DNA from: Podarcis bocagei
Lineage: Eukaryota
DNA: 64,000 nucleotides
Assembly (NCBI GenBank): GCA_964188305.1
Contig: OZ076900.1
Direction: 5' to 3' (one strand)
How positions within the stretch are numbered: position 1 is the stretch's first letter; each line of letters begins with the position of its first letter. A model generated the notes under the pieces. It was not told the origin of the DNA and made no database searches. It worked only from the letters and a program-made list of their open reading frames with translations. Positions 40,974-53,855 of the stretch are shown here, piece after piece. The position numbers and the translations under genes were made by a program.

Positions 40974-41223
40974 CAGTGGTACCTCAGGTTGCGAACAGGA
41001 GGCCCGTTTGCAACATGAAAAGAGCACAACCCGTAGCAGCGCATCTGCGCATGCACGGGTTATGATTTGGTGCTTCTGTGCATGCGCGTGATGTCATTTT
41101 TGCATGTCTGCGCATGCGTGAGCGGCGAAACCCGGAAGTAACCCTTTCCGGTACTTCCGGGTTGCCACAGGACGTAACCTGAAATAACGTACCATGAAGG
41201 AAACGTAACAGGAGGTATGACTA
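40974..41223. mobile_element. Tigger-like MITE
   Basis: TA|CAGTGGTACCTC...GAGGTATGACTA. Confidence 0.8.
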
Positions 41224-43334
41224 TTTGGTAAAATGAACACCACCACCCCAAATCCAATTTGGTAGAGGAGCAGCTATGTATATCGCTTCAATAGATTGAA
41301 AGCTTCTTCAGGAAACAGGATCAAAATTCCATCCCTCCTCCATTTGAATAAGAACAAAAAATGATAATAACTTTCTCTAAAAAGAATGAGGGCAGTGTCT
41401 GCCTGTCAAATTTCCGAACCTCTAATGTAAAAAAAGAAGCAGCAGCATAATTATACAGCCCACGCAGGACATAAGTGCCTTTCCCCCACAAACTTTTTTG
41501 ATGTGAAATGACAGCTTACATAGAACTTGGAACAAAGCTGCTATATACAGTTAACATTCCACCACACTCAACATGCGCATACCTAATTGAAAAGCAGAGC
41601 AGTGATTCATCTGGCTGTTCTACTTCCTTCTATCACTAAACATGCATAGGACTGCACTGTTAAAAGCAGGGATGGTTGGTACTTAAAAAAAACCCAACAA
41701 TAATATTTGTTGGGAATTTTAAATACATTATCCTTCATTATTTTTGTATGCTGCTAAACATGGTTCTAAGGTTACGGAGTGGCAATGTGAAAGTGCTTTG
41801 TTTTTTTTAAAGAAGGAGAAGTGTGTTTTAGGGCATTCTTTCTCTCTTTCGTTGGACTGACACAAGGAACGTCCAGTATGCGATGAACAGATGGTGCTCA
41901 CTGCCATAAGCTGTCTTCCCTTTACTGGCAGGAGTTCTGGACTTCTATAACAGCTGAGAGTGCCAGGCAGAAATCCTGCAGGTGAATCTCCCTACAGTGC
42001 TGAACTGAAGTTATTTGCTTGCAGATAATGTTAAAAGTGGAAGGAGGACCAGAGCTCAGTGGTTAGAGCACATCCTTTTGGATGCAAGGAGCTCAATCCA
42101 GGTTAGACTTTGGGGAAAGGCTGCAACTCAGTGGCAGAGCACCCTCTTTGCATCCAGAAAGGCACCAAGGTTCAACCCTTGGCATCTCCAGGTAGGTCTG
42201 GGACAGTCACCCTGCCTGGAACCCTCGAGAGCCTCTGATAGTCATAGACAGTTCTGAGCAGATGCAGATTTAGGGTAGCGCAACTGGTTCGGTCTTACTG
42301 GGTGCGAAGCCTCGAGGATGCTGCATATATGATGTACATAGAAAGAGATTATTAAAAAAAACTTTATTCGCATTAGCCAATGGACATAGCAACAGTAAAA
42401 CATTACAGTATATGCAGAAAATGAAATTTGATATAAAAGCACAATTTAAAGTTCTGAATATGATGTACATAAAGTGGAAGGCAAGAAGTGGAGGTAGCTG
42501 AATTTTGGCAGCCCACAGGGCGCTGCTGACTCCAAGGTCCACCACTGTACTGAGCTAGATTGTCCCATGATCTGGCTCTGCATAAGGCAGCTTCTTAGAT
42601 TACTTAAATATTTCCCCTTTTCAGCATTGTGAAGACTAGAGTCTAAAATTATCATTTAAGGGGTGCGTGCTGGTGCATCACAGGTTCGGTTTCCTGGATC
42701 TCCAGGTAGGGCTGACCTAGGTGAGCCAGAGATCTGACATAGCCTAAAGCAGCTTTTAACCCCCTCCCCAGCCTGAAACTCTTGAGACACACAATCCTGT
42801 TAGTACAGACAGTCCTGAGCTAAGTGGACAAAGTATCTACCTAAGAAGTGCACCTTGCGTTTCTAGAGGCGCTTTGAGAGCTGGCACAAGGGGTGCCAAT
42901 TTGAATAAAATGGGGGTGGCAGCAGGTAAGCCCCGTCCCACATAATCACATGACACAGTACACACACAATTTGAATGGTAATGCCCATCAACTGGGGGGG
43001 GGGCTGCCCCCCTCATATTTTATTGGGAGGGGAGATCTCTTGTTGGTCTGTAGGAGTTGGCTTCTATGGCAAGGTGGCTCTGATGCACGGTTAGCCCCTT
43101 ACAGTAAAGGAAAAGCCATACACTCACAGCGCTATGCAACTCTCCGCTGCATAAGAGCCAAATCAGCCTGGAGACGTCTTGCAGGCCTCCCCTGAAGATC
43201 CAAGCACGTCCTCTCCCCAACACCAACCTGTCCCCAAGCCTGATGTAAAGAGGGGTTCTCAGGCATGTGTCTTCAGCATTATACATGAACAGGAACAGCG
43301 TTCCGGTTTAAAGCCAGTGGCGGTGCAGTGCCTA

Positions 43335-43515
43335 TGGCTGTGTCTCACATACAGGTGAAAGTGCAAAAGTTCATCAAGAAGTTTCAGGTCAATATCTTCA
43401 GGGTAGATATTCCATCAACAGTTCTAAACCTTGCTGAATTTCTTGCTTTGATACTTTCAGGATAGCAAGAATGGAAAACAATTCTGCAACACAGTACCTC
43501 TTTTTAAATTGGCTT
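43335..43515 (-). mobile_element. Degenerate hAT transposase fragment
   Basis: VAELFSILAILKVSKQEIQQGLELLME/IYPEDIDLKLLDELLHFHLYVR (one frameshift); resembles ZMYM1-like hAT transposases. Confidence 0.55.
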
Positions 43516-43628
43516 TTCTTCTATCGGTTGGACCTGAGTCAGGTTTTATATAAAAAGAAACACACAATAAGTAAGTTCTGCTTTCTTACTCAGTTTTATG
43601 AAGGGTTTACCTAAAACCTCCACGCATT

Positions 43629-43972
43629 CAGGGACGCGGACTTATAAAAAATATTGGGGGGGGGGGCCGGGACAGCTCATGAATAATAAATAAGCTCATG
43701 AATATGCAAATAAAGTGGCGCCGCCTCCTCGTGAGCGAATAGGGGAGAGCGTGCTGCACCTATTAATCAGCTCCGAAGGAAATTGGGTGGAGCTTTTGCT
43801 CGGGAGGGAGGGCAGGAGGCATGCAGCCCGACCCTGTGCATTTTGGGCTGGGGGAGGGGCGGCGATGGCGCTCTGCTGGAGGGGCGTCGGAGATTATTGG
43901 GGGGCGGAGCCCCCCAAACAAATTTTTGAGGGGGCTCGGGCCCCCTCAAGCCCCATGGAGTCGGCGCCTATG
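43629..43972. mobile_element. Young CpG-rich hAT MITE
   Basis: Perfect 8-bp TSD CACGCATT (43621-43628 and 43973-43980); imperfect TIRs CAGGGACGCGGACT / AGTCGGCGCCTATG. Confidence 0.8.
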
Positions 43973-44779
43973 CACGCATTGGAAGGTCCTTTTCTGCAGT
44001 GACACCCTTCTAGTCATTCCCAAGCTTCCCTCGCCCCATTTGATTACTTAATAACAGCTGATACAAGAAATGTGGAAGAGCCACCAGTTTTCCATCAAAG
44101 GTCCCACAACACTTCAATTTTTAAATATTACCTTGAACTCTTGCGCTGATGCAAGAGAAGCTGACGTCACCAGCATCTCAGTGAGATTCTTTATTTTCTC
44201 CTGCAGCTCATTTTGAAGAGCATACTTCTCCAACAATCTCTGCCAGCTGGGATTGTGATGAGATCTACCAAGGGAAAGCATCAATACCAAACGTCGAAAG
44301 GCACAAAATGTTGTTCATAGTAAGGTGTACATGATTTCCCAAGCAAGGAAAATCCATTATGAGGGGGGATTTTGTACACGACCTGCTGAAAACTTACACA
44401 CACTTTTGGGAATACTTTACTACCCAAAGCCAAATTTTCAATCTATTTTGGGGTAGTAAAATCCCTTAAAACAAATCCATGTGTGTGGTGCCTGGAGAAG
44501 GTATTGAAGTTTACATTACAGAAAAAATTACCCTGACATGTTACATTGGCTAGGATACCCATGTGCTTTTGTGTAGACCCCTCCATGCTTGTGAGGATTA
44601 TGGCTGTTAATCTGTATATTACTGTGATGATAATAATGTACTGTAAGTACTAACGGCTGTGAAGGTTAAACATCAGCAAGAAACAATGAAAGCATTTAAG
44701 TTTCTCAGTCATTTCTGTGAAATTGAGTCTGCACCCCCCAGTGTGGAAAGGGTTGCATACAAGCAATGACCAATACTTT

Positions 44780-46590
44780 GTATTCTTTGGTGATCACTCG
44801 AAGCCAAGTAAGATTGTCTTCCATAAAGACGGTTTTAACAACGAGTCCGTAAGTGACTGTGGAGGCCAATTCTGGATCCACACATCCTTCCACAGTGCGG
44901 ACATTGGTTTCCGGGTGGGAGTTGATCACGGTGTGGATTTGCCAAGCATGCCTTCCTCTTAGCACTTTTCTCCCTTGAGTCCTGAGTTTGAGTGTCTTCA
45001 AAGCCCATGACACCTTTAGTAAAGGCTGTTCTCCAACTGGAGGGATCGCAGGCCAGCGTTTCCCAGTTGTCAGTGTCTATACTACATTTTTTTTTAGATT
45101 TGCCTTGAGACAGTCTTTAAACCTCTTTTGTTGACCACCAGCATTACGCTATTTTTAAGTTTGGAATAGAGTAGTTGCTATGGAAGACGATGATCAGGCA
45201 ACCGCACAACATGACCAGTCCAACGAAGTTGATGTTGAAGAATCATTGCTTCAGCACTGGTGATCTTTGCTTCTTCCAGTAAACTGATATTCGTTTGCCT
45301 GTCTTCCCAAGTGATGTGTAAAATTTTTCGGAGACACCATTGATTGAATCTTTTGAGGAGTTGGAGATGGCGTTTATTAGTGGTCCATGTTTCACAAGCA
45401 TACAGTAAGGTTGGTAGTACAATAGCTTTGTAAACAAGCATTTTGGTTTCCCTGCGAATGTCCCGGTCCTCAAACACTCTGCACTTCAATCGGGAGAAAG
45501 CTGCACTTGCAGAGCTCAGGTGATGCTAGATTTCAGCATCAATGTTGGCCCTTGTGGAAAGATAACTGCCCAGGTAGGAGAAGTGATTGACATTTTCCAA
45601 CGTTACACCATTGAGTTGGATTTGTGGCGCTGCAGAGGGGTGATTTTGTACTTGTTGGTGTAGCACTTTGGTTTTTTGGATGCTGAGTGATAGGCCAAGC
45701 TTTTCGTAATCTTCTGCAAAGATATTTAGGATGGTTTGGAGGTCATCCTCTGAGTGTGCTGGATCTCTTGAGCTTATTTTAATAAACCAGTGTTTTTTAG
45801 TTCTCTGGTTCTTCTTTGAACCTCAGCCTTAGCACTGGCACAGGTTTTTTTCTTAGTGGCACAGTTTCTATCTCTTTGCCAGATCTGAAAGGCCTTCCTT
45901 TTCTTGTCAAATATGTGTTCAATCTCACTGTCATTCTCATCAAACCAGTTTCTGGTGTTTCTTGGTTTGCTGTCCAATAGTTTGTTCACAGGCTGAAATA
46001 ATGCATGTTTTTAGCTTGGTCCAGTGTTCCTTGATGTTATCAGGGAATTCTGAAAGCAGATGGTCCTTAATGGGATCTTGAAGGGCTTGAGTGTTCATTT
46101 TGTGCCTTGGTTTCCTTTCTTGAATCCTGCGTCAAGGTATAATCTTGATAGCCATCGTGGAGCGTATTAGTTGGTGATCTGTCCAGCAGTCGTCGGCGCT
46201 CGTCATAGCTCTGGTAAAGAGCACATCACAGCAATCTTTAGCACGGATAATAACATAGTCTAAGAGGTGCCAGTGGTTTGACTGAGGATGCCTCCATGAA
46301 GTTTCAAATTTATTTTTCTGCTGAAAGAGTGTGTTGGCAATAACAAGGTTGTGCGCTACACATATTGTCAAAAGTAAGATTCCGTTCTGGTTGCTGTTAC
46401 CAATTCCTTTTTTCCCAATAATCCCAGGCCACAGATCAAAATCTCACCCAACTCTTGCATTAAAATCACCCAGGAGGATAATTTTATCTTCCTTAGGTGT
46501 CTCTGATAGGACGGTATCCAGCTGAGAGTAAAATCTTTAATGTCTTCATCGGCATCCAGTGTTGGTGCATAAGCGCTTATACTAGTAGCA
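44780..46590 (-). mobile_element. RTE-clade LINE, 5'-truncated and internally deleted, inside an intron of the CENPE-like copy
   Basis: APE endonuclease motifs (ISAYAPTL, GDFNARVG, WHLLDYVII), RT tail (VYKAIVLPTLLYACETW, LRWTGHVVRL) and a C-terminal C2H2 (CPHCGRMCGSRIGLHSHLRT). Confidence 0.88.
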
Positions 46591-49018
46591 TCCAAAAAAC
46601 ATGCGATTGCATATGGCGATGAACCTGGAAGTGACCTAAAAACATTGCTCAGCATGTCACGAAAAGAGTGTAACAGGGCTGGGATACACTTATACATGCT
46701 ACTCCAGTGTATGTGGGAGCCGGGAATGGAACCCCCGCATGAAATGGTTGTCAACTTTATTAAGAGTTGCCATTAAAATTAGGCCAGACTCTTAAAATGG
46801 AGACTGCGTCTAAACAGAGATTATGGCCCCCTCACTTGGAATAGGCAGTTGTCTTATAATCCAAGTCACCAACTAAAAGAATGCTATTGCCACCAGCATT
46901 CGAGATTACCACGGATATTTGAACTTCTAAAAGATAAATGTGTTGTGCTTTTAAGGTATAATTGCTGGCAAAATAGAGCATGAATCCTATTTCAAAACAA
47001 AACAAAATATAGATGCAATTTGACCTGTTCCAGCCTAGAACAATCAGATTTCCAAGAAGACAACTTACATCTTCAATTTGTTGTTTCAAGCTGTCAATCT
47101 CTAAACGATACCTCTTTAGAAGGACATCCTCATCTGTAACGTAATTTATTATAGGGCGGTTTTTCATTTTTTTGGCTGTATTCGCAAACTAGGAGAGATA
47201 GGCACATGGAGTCAGAACCGCTCTTTGAAGGAGTCAGAAAAAATGACATTTGTGTAAAATCTCTTCGAAAATTACAGAAGTATGGATCATAAAAATCAAC
47301 ATTTGCTATTACAGTAAATACAAATGGTACCCATTAAACGAAATGTTGCAGCGTACCTTCACCTCCCCACAGAAGGGATAAGCCTAGGTTACCAACCCGG
47401 TGTCTTCCAGATGTTGTTGAACTACAACTTTCATCATCTGACCATGTTGACCATGGCTGATGGGAGCTGGAGTCCTCCAACATCTGGAGGGCAACAGAGA
47501 AGCTGTCAGGAGCTCAAGTAGGCCTTTCCCCCCACCCTTCCTTTCCCACCTGATATTCAAGACTCCATGACTACCATGTCTTCACAAGCTCTCTTTTTAA
47601 GAGTTTGAGGGTTTGCCGTCAGTATCCAACCCACTTATTGGAGGAAGTGCTACACTACTTCCCTTCGAAGTGGAAGTCTGATTTCTGATAGTTCTATAAC
47701 TGCAGATACATATACCAGAACAAAGCATGCCAGTTTAAAGAGAGGGAGAAAATACCTTCTTGCCTACTTGTTACTTGGGGCAAAACTTTTGGGGGAAGGA
47801 AACGGACCTGTATAGTTTTACCTGGAGAGTTTGAAGCGTTTCTTCGAACGATCTCAGAATGACCGTGAAGATGATAACAGTCTTAGAATTGTCACCAAGT
47901 GATTTGTGCAGAAGCCATGTTAACGTACTGTCTCTGTAGTTGACGTAGGCTCTGGTGAAGGAGGATGATCAAAAAGGAGTAGGAAAGTTTTTAATATTAA
48001 GTAGAGGAAAAACTGGCCCAAGAGCCAATCTTTTACATCTAGGACAGAGACAGCCAATGTGGTGCCTTCCGAAGGTTGTTGGATGACAACTCCCATCAGG
48101 CCCAGACAGATGACCAATGGCCTGGCAGTGGAGGGAGTTGTAGCCAAACAACCTAGGAATGGCACTACCTTGGCTGCCTGGCCTAAGATCAAGTGAGAAC
48201 ACTTTTCAATACAGCACAAACTAAAGAACTGTTAAGCTTAACTGAATTGTCCTTACCCACTCTGCTCTTCACAAAGGTTCTTGATAACTTGGCCCAAGAT
48301 GGAGAGGCTCTGGTTTACACTGCGGCCTTCTTGGAGATGGATTCCTAGGCATTAAACATCAGTTTTTTTATTTTCAGACAGTTCCTTCTACAAAAGTTCT
48401 TTTGCTACCATATTGGGAGTTAACATAGTCAAGAGTTCCTGAATTTGGTTGATTTCTTCTTCATTCTCCATTATCCCCCCGCCTTCTGTATTGTTTTTAC
48501 CTGCCCTTTAGGCACTTTATACGTGTGAAATAACAATACTGGTCATTATCCTGACAGAAGGCAATATCAGCAGAATGGGGGAGGCAATTTTAAGCGATTC
48601 CCATTCTGTCCTTAAATCTGCTCTGGGTGATTCCCCAACCCTCTGCAGCAGATCAAAGAGAGGCACAGGGTCCTGCGTAGGGTGAATGACCCGAAAAATA
48701 TTATCTCCCCTGTTCTGCCAACAGATTCCTTCTGTCAGTGAAATGACAGCATTGGAGACACCCAATAAGACTTCAGCATTTTTAGTGGTATGATGAATTA
48801 TGCCATTTAACTCAGAAACATTGAATAACTTCAGCCAAAAGGAGGACGATAACGCTAGAAGGCCTATAACCAAATATTATATTCATTAAATGTATATACT
48901 GTTGGAAAAATGCCCTGGGGGTGCCAGCAAGCCCCCAAAACTCTGAGTGTCCTCCGGTACACACAGCTCTGGGAAAGGCATCTCCCTTCTCTTACAGTGC
49001 GCTTCTAGCAACATATAC

Positions 49019-49295
49019 TAGCTGGTATATGCACATTAATCTTCCGGCATAACACAACAAGAGTGAGTGAGTCATCATAGAGCTAAGCTACTATTTATTT
49101 ACACACTATGTACAGACAAAAGCATAATGGCGTCCCTTCTCTCCAGCTCCAAGAGAACAAACAAAGAAATAAAAGCAAAAGTACAGTGTAATAGTACCTG
49201 CAGCAGAAGAGGTAAGACTGTCTTCCTTCGTCCCAGACAGGCATGTGATTTACAACAATCTCATCTGCAGCGTTGGAGGAGTGAAGTTGCTAACA
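49019..49295 (-). mobile_element. Probable solo LTR
   Basis: 5-bp direct flanks TATAC; TA(for TG)...CA ends; AATAAA on the minus strand. Confidence 0.5.
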
Positions 49296-50864
49296 TATAC
49301 CACCCTTCATTCAAGGATCATGGGGCGGTTTTACAATGGTCTCTGCAGAAGCAGAGATGAGGAATTTGAGGCCCTCCATGTGTTGTTGGAAGACAACTTC
49401 CAGCATTGCTGACCACTGGTCATACTGGCTAGGATTGCTAGGAGTTCATATGCAACTTATACAGCACTACAGGTCCCTCATCCTTGCTGTAGAGAAGTTA
49501 GATTTTTGTGCAAGAATCTACCAGTTGGGAATGTAACATCTGCATCAGTCTTGTGTTCCAAATGTGATGAATTTTACTGTTAAGCTGTAAATGGCTTACA
49601 TAAATAAGAGCAAGCATGCCCAAGAACCCTGGAGGTGGGAATTACTTGTGGGTTGTTGTTTTTTTACATGTTTTACAAGTTAGGATTTAGCAGATTACCA
49701 GAAAAGCTTGATCATCATCAGCTACATACCTTCAGCACCTGTTTGGGTAGCTCTTTCACTTCCTGCCAAATCTACCAAATTCTGAAAATTCAAGTAAGAC
49801 TGTGTTAGACACCATTCTCACACAAGATCTATTCAAATCATCTATTGATTGAACAACAATTCCAAACAGTGGCAGATGAAAGCCTGAGAAAAATAAGTTC
49901 CTGAGACTGTACATGAGCAGAAAAAGGTCTTTGGCCAGGAGTTTAAATCAAAGGAACAACAATAATTTTGTGCAGCACTGGTCACTACATCTGGGAGGAA
50001 ATACATTCAAATGAACAACATTTAGCATTTCATGAAAGCGAAAAAACAGAGGAAATGTGTGTTAAAGAGAGCCAGTCATTTGTAGATTGCATCTCAGATC
50101 CAGGATGGTCTACAACAGAAGAAAAAGGTAGAAGGATGTGCATACTGTGTGATTTGATGTTTTGACCACTGAATTTCTACTATAGTCCAAGGACCCAATG
50201 TGGCATAGTGGTGAGTGTGTGGCTAGGACCTAGGAGGCCAGGGTTCAAATCACCACACAGCCACAAAGCTCCCTGGGTCACCTTGGTCTCTCAACCTAAC
50301 CTACTTTGTAAGGTTGATGTAAGCATAAAATGAAGGGGGACAAAATCAAGCAGGCCACCTTAGCTTCTTGGAGGAAAGGTGGGATATAAATGCAATAACA
50401 ATATGGATGTTGTTTAGTCTGCACCTCTTCAGTATGTTCCAGCAATGTCAATGGAACTTGATTTGAATAAGCATTAGGAATGCTGTGCCAAACAGACTTG
50501 AAACCCAGAGCAAATGAATTTCTGCTGCTGCTATTTCCCAGGCAGAAACAGCCCTATTAAACACTTCAGAAGTTAATTAGCCTTCCACAATCCCAATATA
50601 TATTTGACTCTGCCAGCCAGATCTCAAACAGAAAGCACACAAGGCTAGCCCAATATATTTTGCTGCCTGAGCCAAAGCAGAAGATGGCACTCCTCCCCTC
50701 CCCACCTCTTTCTGTATAGCAAAGTCAACCAGATTGGTGGCAAAATAATATCTTCTACTTCATCTCAGGGCAGCAGCCTAGCTTAGGGGGAAGAGTGGGT
50801 CATATGGTACACAAACCTCTTTCCTCCAAATGTCAAAGCATTTGGGGCTTTCAGAGGAAAGGCA

Positions 50865-51305
50865 AGCTTAAGGAGGGACCCGACAGAGGTGTATAAGATT
50901 ATGCATGGTAACGAGAAGGCAGATAGGGCTAAGTTTCTCTCAATTTCTCTCTCTCTCATGTAATACTAGAACTCAGGGCCATCCAACAAAGCTAAGATTC
51001 AGGACAAAAGAGAAAGAACTTCTTCACACAGCACATAGTTAAACTATGGAGTTCACTCACCCAGTACATAGTAATGGCCACCAACTTGGAAGCCTTTAAA
51101 AGAGGATCAGACAAATCTATGGAGTACAAGTGTATCAAGGACTACTAGCTAAGATGGCTAAGTTCCACCTTCACTACCAGCTGCTGTGAATCACAAGTAG
51201 AGAAACTGCTTGGGTCTCAGGCACCTGGTTCACCACTGTGAGAACAGGATGCTAGAATAAACAGGCCATTGGTCTGATCCAGCAGGGCTCCTCTCATGTT
51301 CCTAT
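50865..51305 (+). mobile_element. CR1 LINE 3' fragment
   Basis: gaggtgtataagattatgcatgg...actagaactcagggccatcc...aggatgctag...ggtctgatccagcagggctc; a similar CR1 tail lies at ~54630-54915. Confidence 0.8.
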
Positions 51306-51599
51306 AACACACACAAGCTGCATCATCCTTCAATAGTAGTTTTTTCTACCAACCCCCATTTACGAACCTCAGTTCTCTATTTCAGTGTTTCCCAACCTTT
51401 TTTGGGCAAAGGCACACTTGTTTGATGAAAAAAATCTCGAGGCACACCACCATTACAGCCCCGTGACGTCAGCGCGCAGCCTCACGCCGGGAGGGACGCA
51501 CGAAAGTGTAAGTTTCAATTTTTTCCCCTCCCCCTTGCCGGGGAACCTCCAAGCTTTAGGGGTGGGGGGGAGGAGGCAGCAAAGCGAGGCAGGAAGGAG

Positions 51600-52640
51600 A
51601 GCGCGGCTTGGCTGGGTGAGCTTTGGCAGGGGCAGGGAATGAGAGCCGCGAGGCGGGCGCTGCGGACGGAGGAGAGTGGATATGCAGGGCTGGAAAGATT
51701 TTCATGATTACATCAAATCTATTAAGCCGCCCTTCACCATCAAGCCAGGCTTACAGAAATTTAAAAGCCCAGATCCCCCCCCCCTTTTAACCCACGCGCA
51801 TATAAAACAGCTGCAGTCGAGGCGGGGAGGCGAGGAGGGGGAGTGAAGCAGTTAAAAGCAAATAGAAATAGAGTCGCAGGAAAAAGGTGTGCGCCCCGAT
51901 CCCGAGTCAGGCTTCCTTCTCGGGGCTTCGCGCGCAGGTCTGGCCAGCCTGTTAAGGTCCAGCGCTTACATCGGAGTAGACGACTTAGAAACCGCGGAGC
52001 AACATGCGGGGGGCTTCGCCTGCGCCTCTGGAGAACGACTCCCCTTTCCCAGCCCCAGCAGCTCACCTGGCGGGGAGCGGGCGCCCCCGAACGCAGTGAC
52101 AGCACCTTCCTCGCACATCTCGCCGAAGCACAAAAGACGCCGCTGCTGCCCCCGCCCCCCGGGCCTTTTTCTATTGGTCCGCGGGTGACGTAGGCGCGCA
52201 GTCCCCGCCCACAAGTTGGACCGTAGTAATGCGTAAGGGAGTGGGGGGGCGGGCGAATCGATCTCATGCGCCTGGTCGGGGGGAGGCGATGAGACAAAGA
52301 GCGCCCGATCCTGCATAAAGAGGGAGGGAGTTTCCAGAGGGAGTTTCGGGGGAATCGAGCCTCCTTCTTATCTCTCGGGAAATGCGTGAAAAGGAAGGGG
52401 GAGTATTCCCCTGGCTTCCCCCCTCGCCTTGTTTCCCAAGGACCGTGGTGGTGTTAGGGTTAAAAAGGTCCCTTCGTTCTTTCCCCCCCTCCCCTCCGTC
52501 GTCTCTCTTCGGTGGTGTCAGGCCAGGAGGGAAGCCGCTTGCTGATTGGCTGGATCGGATTCTCAGCCTTCCGAGCGCGTTGATTAAATGCGTGCCCTTT
52601 AAAGCGCTGGTGTTCTTCGCGGAAGAAGCTGAGAAGCCTC
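51600..52640. promoter_or_regulatory. CpG island / promoter of the CENPE-like copy
   Basis: CpG-dense; CCAAT (attgg) at ~52173 and ~52545, a CRE-like TGACGT at ~52186 and GC boxes just upstream of the minus-strand ATG at 52118. Confidence 0.7.
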
Positions 52641-52805
52641 CGTCCTTTGCCCCTTTTTGATTGAGAGAAGGGCCGGATTTACGTATAAGCCAGACAAGGT
52701 ATAGCTCAAGGCCCCACTCTCTTGGGGCCCCAAAAAAAATTAAAGGAAAAAACACCTGGATGTACATTTCCAAAATATAAGATAAAAAATAAAAAATTAA
52801 AACCC

Positions 52806-53850
52806 AGCCCATCTAATCTTTGTATTCTCTGTATTCTTCACAAGCACAACCAAACTTTTGTGTTTGATCCCTGTTTGTGTAAATATTCATTTAAACATTC
52901 CCATTGTTTCTGTACCATAGTTTTAATTTTATGCCTTATTATATCCGTCAATTTTGCAAATTCCAGATACTCACATAGTTTAACCATTCCCTTTTTGTTG
53001 GGATGTTATTTCCTTTCCAGTAACTGGCCACCAAAGTTCTCACTGCTGTTGTTGTGCATAGGAATATGTTAATTTTATCTTTGGGGATATCCTTACTCAA
53101 AATTCCTAATAATTATGCTTCTGCCCTTTTGTTATATGAAACCTTTATTAATTTTTTAAATTTCTTCATGGATCATTTCCCAGGATTTTTTTATCTCTGA
53201 ACATTTCCACCACATATGGTATAGAGTGCCCTTCATCTTACTGCATCTCCAACATTTATTACTAATCAATCTATTCATTTTTGCTAGTCTGTCTGGTGCA
53301 TCATCTGTGGTGCATCTTCATATAATTCTCTCTTATTGAATTGCAGGCCATAAAATTTATGTTTCCCCCAAAAAACTTTTCCAGTCTTCCATATCAATTG
53401 TATATCCTAGATCACATTTCCACTTTAGCATATTCTCTCCTTTTACTTCTTGGTCTATTAAACTATACAGTTTCAAAAGTGTTTTTTGATTATTTTGTAA
53501 TACCTCTCTTTCTAATTTTGATGTTTTATCCCCAAATCCCCTAATTTTTATATCTTTCTCATATGTAGCCTTAAGTTGGAAATATTCTAGCCAATTTTAA
53601 TTCTCATTCTTGATCTTATTTCTTCCTTTTCTTTATCTTCTTCTTCTTCTTTTCTTTTATATTTTACCTTTCATTTCTTTTCTTTATTGTGAACATTGTT
53701 TTGTAGAGGTGCAAATAATTGTAAATATCAGAAGAGGTAAAATGTTTTCTAATTTTCTATTGGTTACATGTATTTTCCTTTTTTTGTATATTTGTATTTT
53801 TTTCTAATTTGTACTCAATAAAATTAACAATAAATAAATAAATAAATAAA
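52806..53850. mobile_element. L1-clade LINE fragment: ORF2 end on the minus strand abutting a plus-strand 3'UTR/(TAAA)n tail
   Basis: Minus strand KCWRC...GTLYHMWWKCS..., LCEYLEFAKLT; plus strand T-rich UTR with AATAAA and (TAAA)n to 53850. Confidence 0.65.
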
Positions 53851-53855
53851 GCTCA

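Larger units (their letters stand above)
44132..52118 (-). pseudogene. CENPE: Unprocessed, internally deleted CENPE-like (kinesin-7) copy
   Basis: Exons 52118-52067 (MCEEGAVT/CVRGRPLPAR, frameshifted versus MAEEGAVAVCVRVRPL), 49781-49730 (NLVDLAGSERATQTGAE), 48344-48257 (IHLQEGRSVNQSLSILGQVIKNL), 47951-47822 (YVNYRDSTLTWLLHKSLGDNSKTVII...LQ), 47188-47069 (FANTAKKMKNRP...LLKRYRLEIDSLKQQIED) and 44264-44132 (...KIKNLTEMLVTS...EFK; 133 nt, out of frame). All are GT-AG bounded. No P-loop or switch-I exons were found. Confidence 0.85.

Noticed and set aside
50040-50150. Minus-strand acceptor followed by TILDLRCNLQMTGSL*, considered as a missing CENPE exon
   Set aside because: Only weak resemblance to the ILESR exon, an early stop and no donor.
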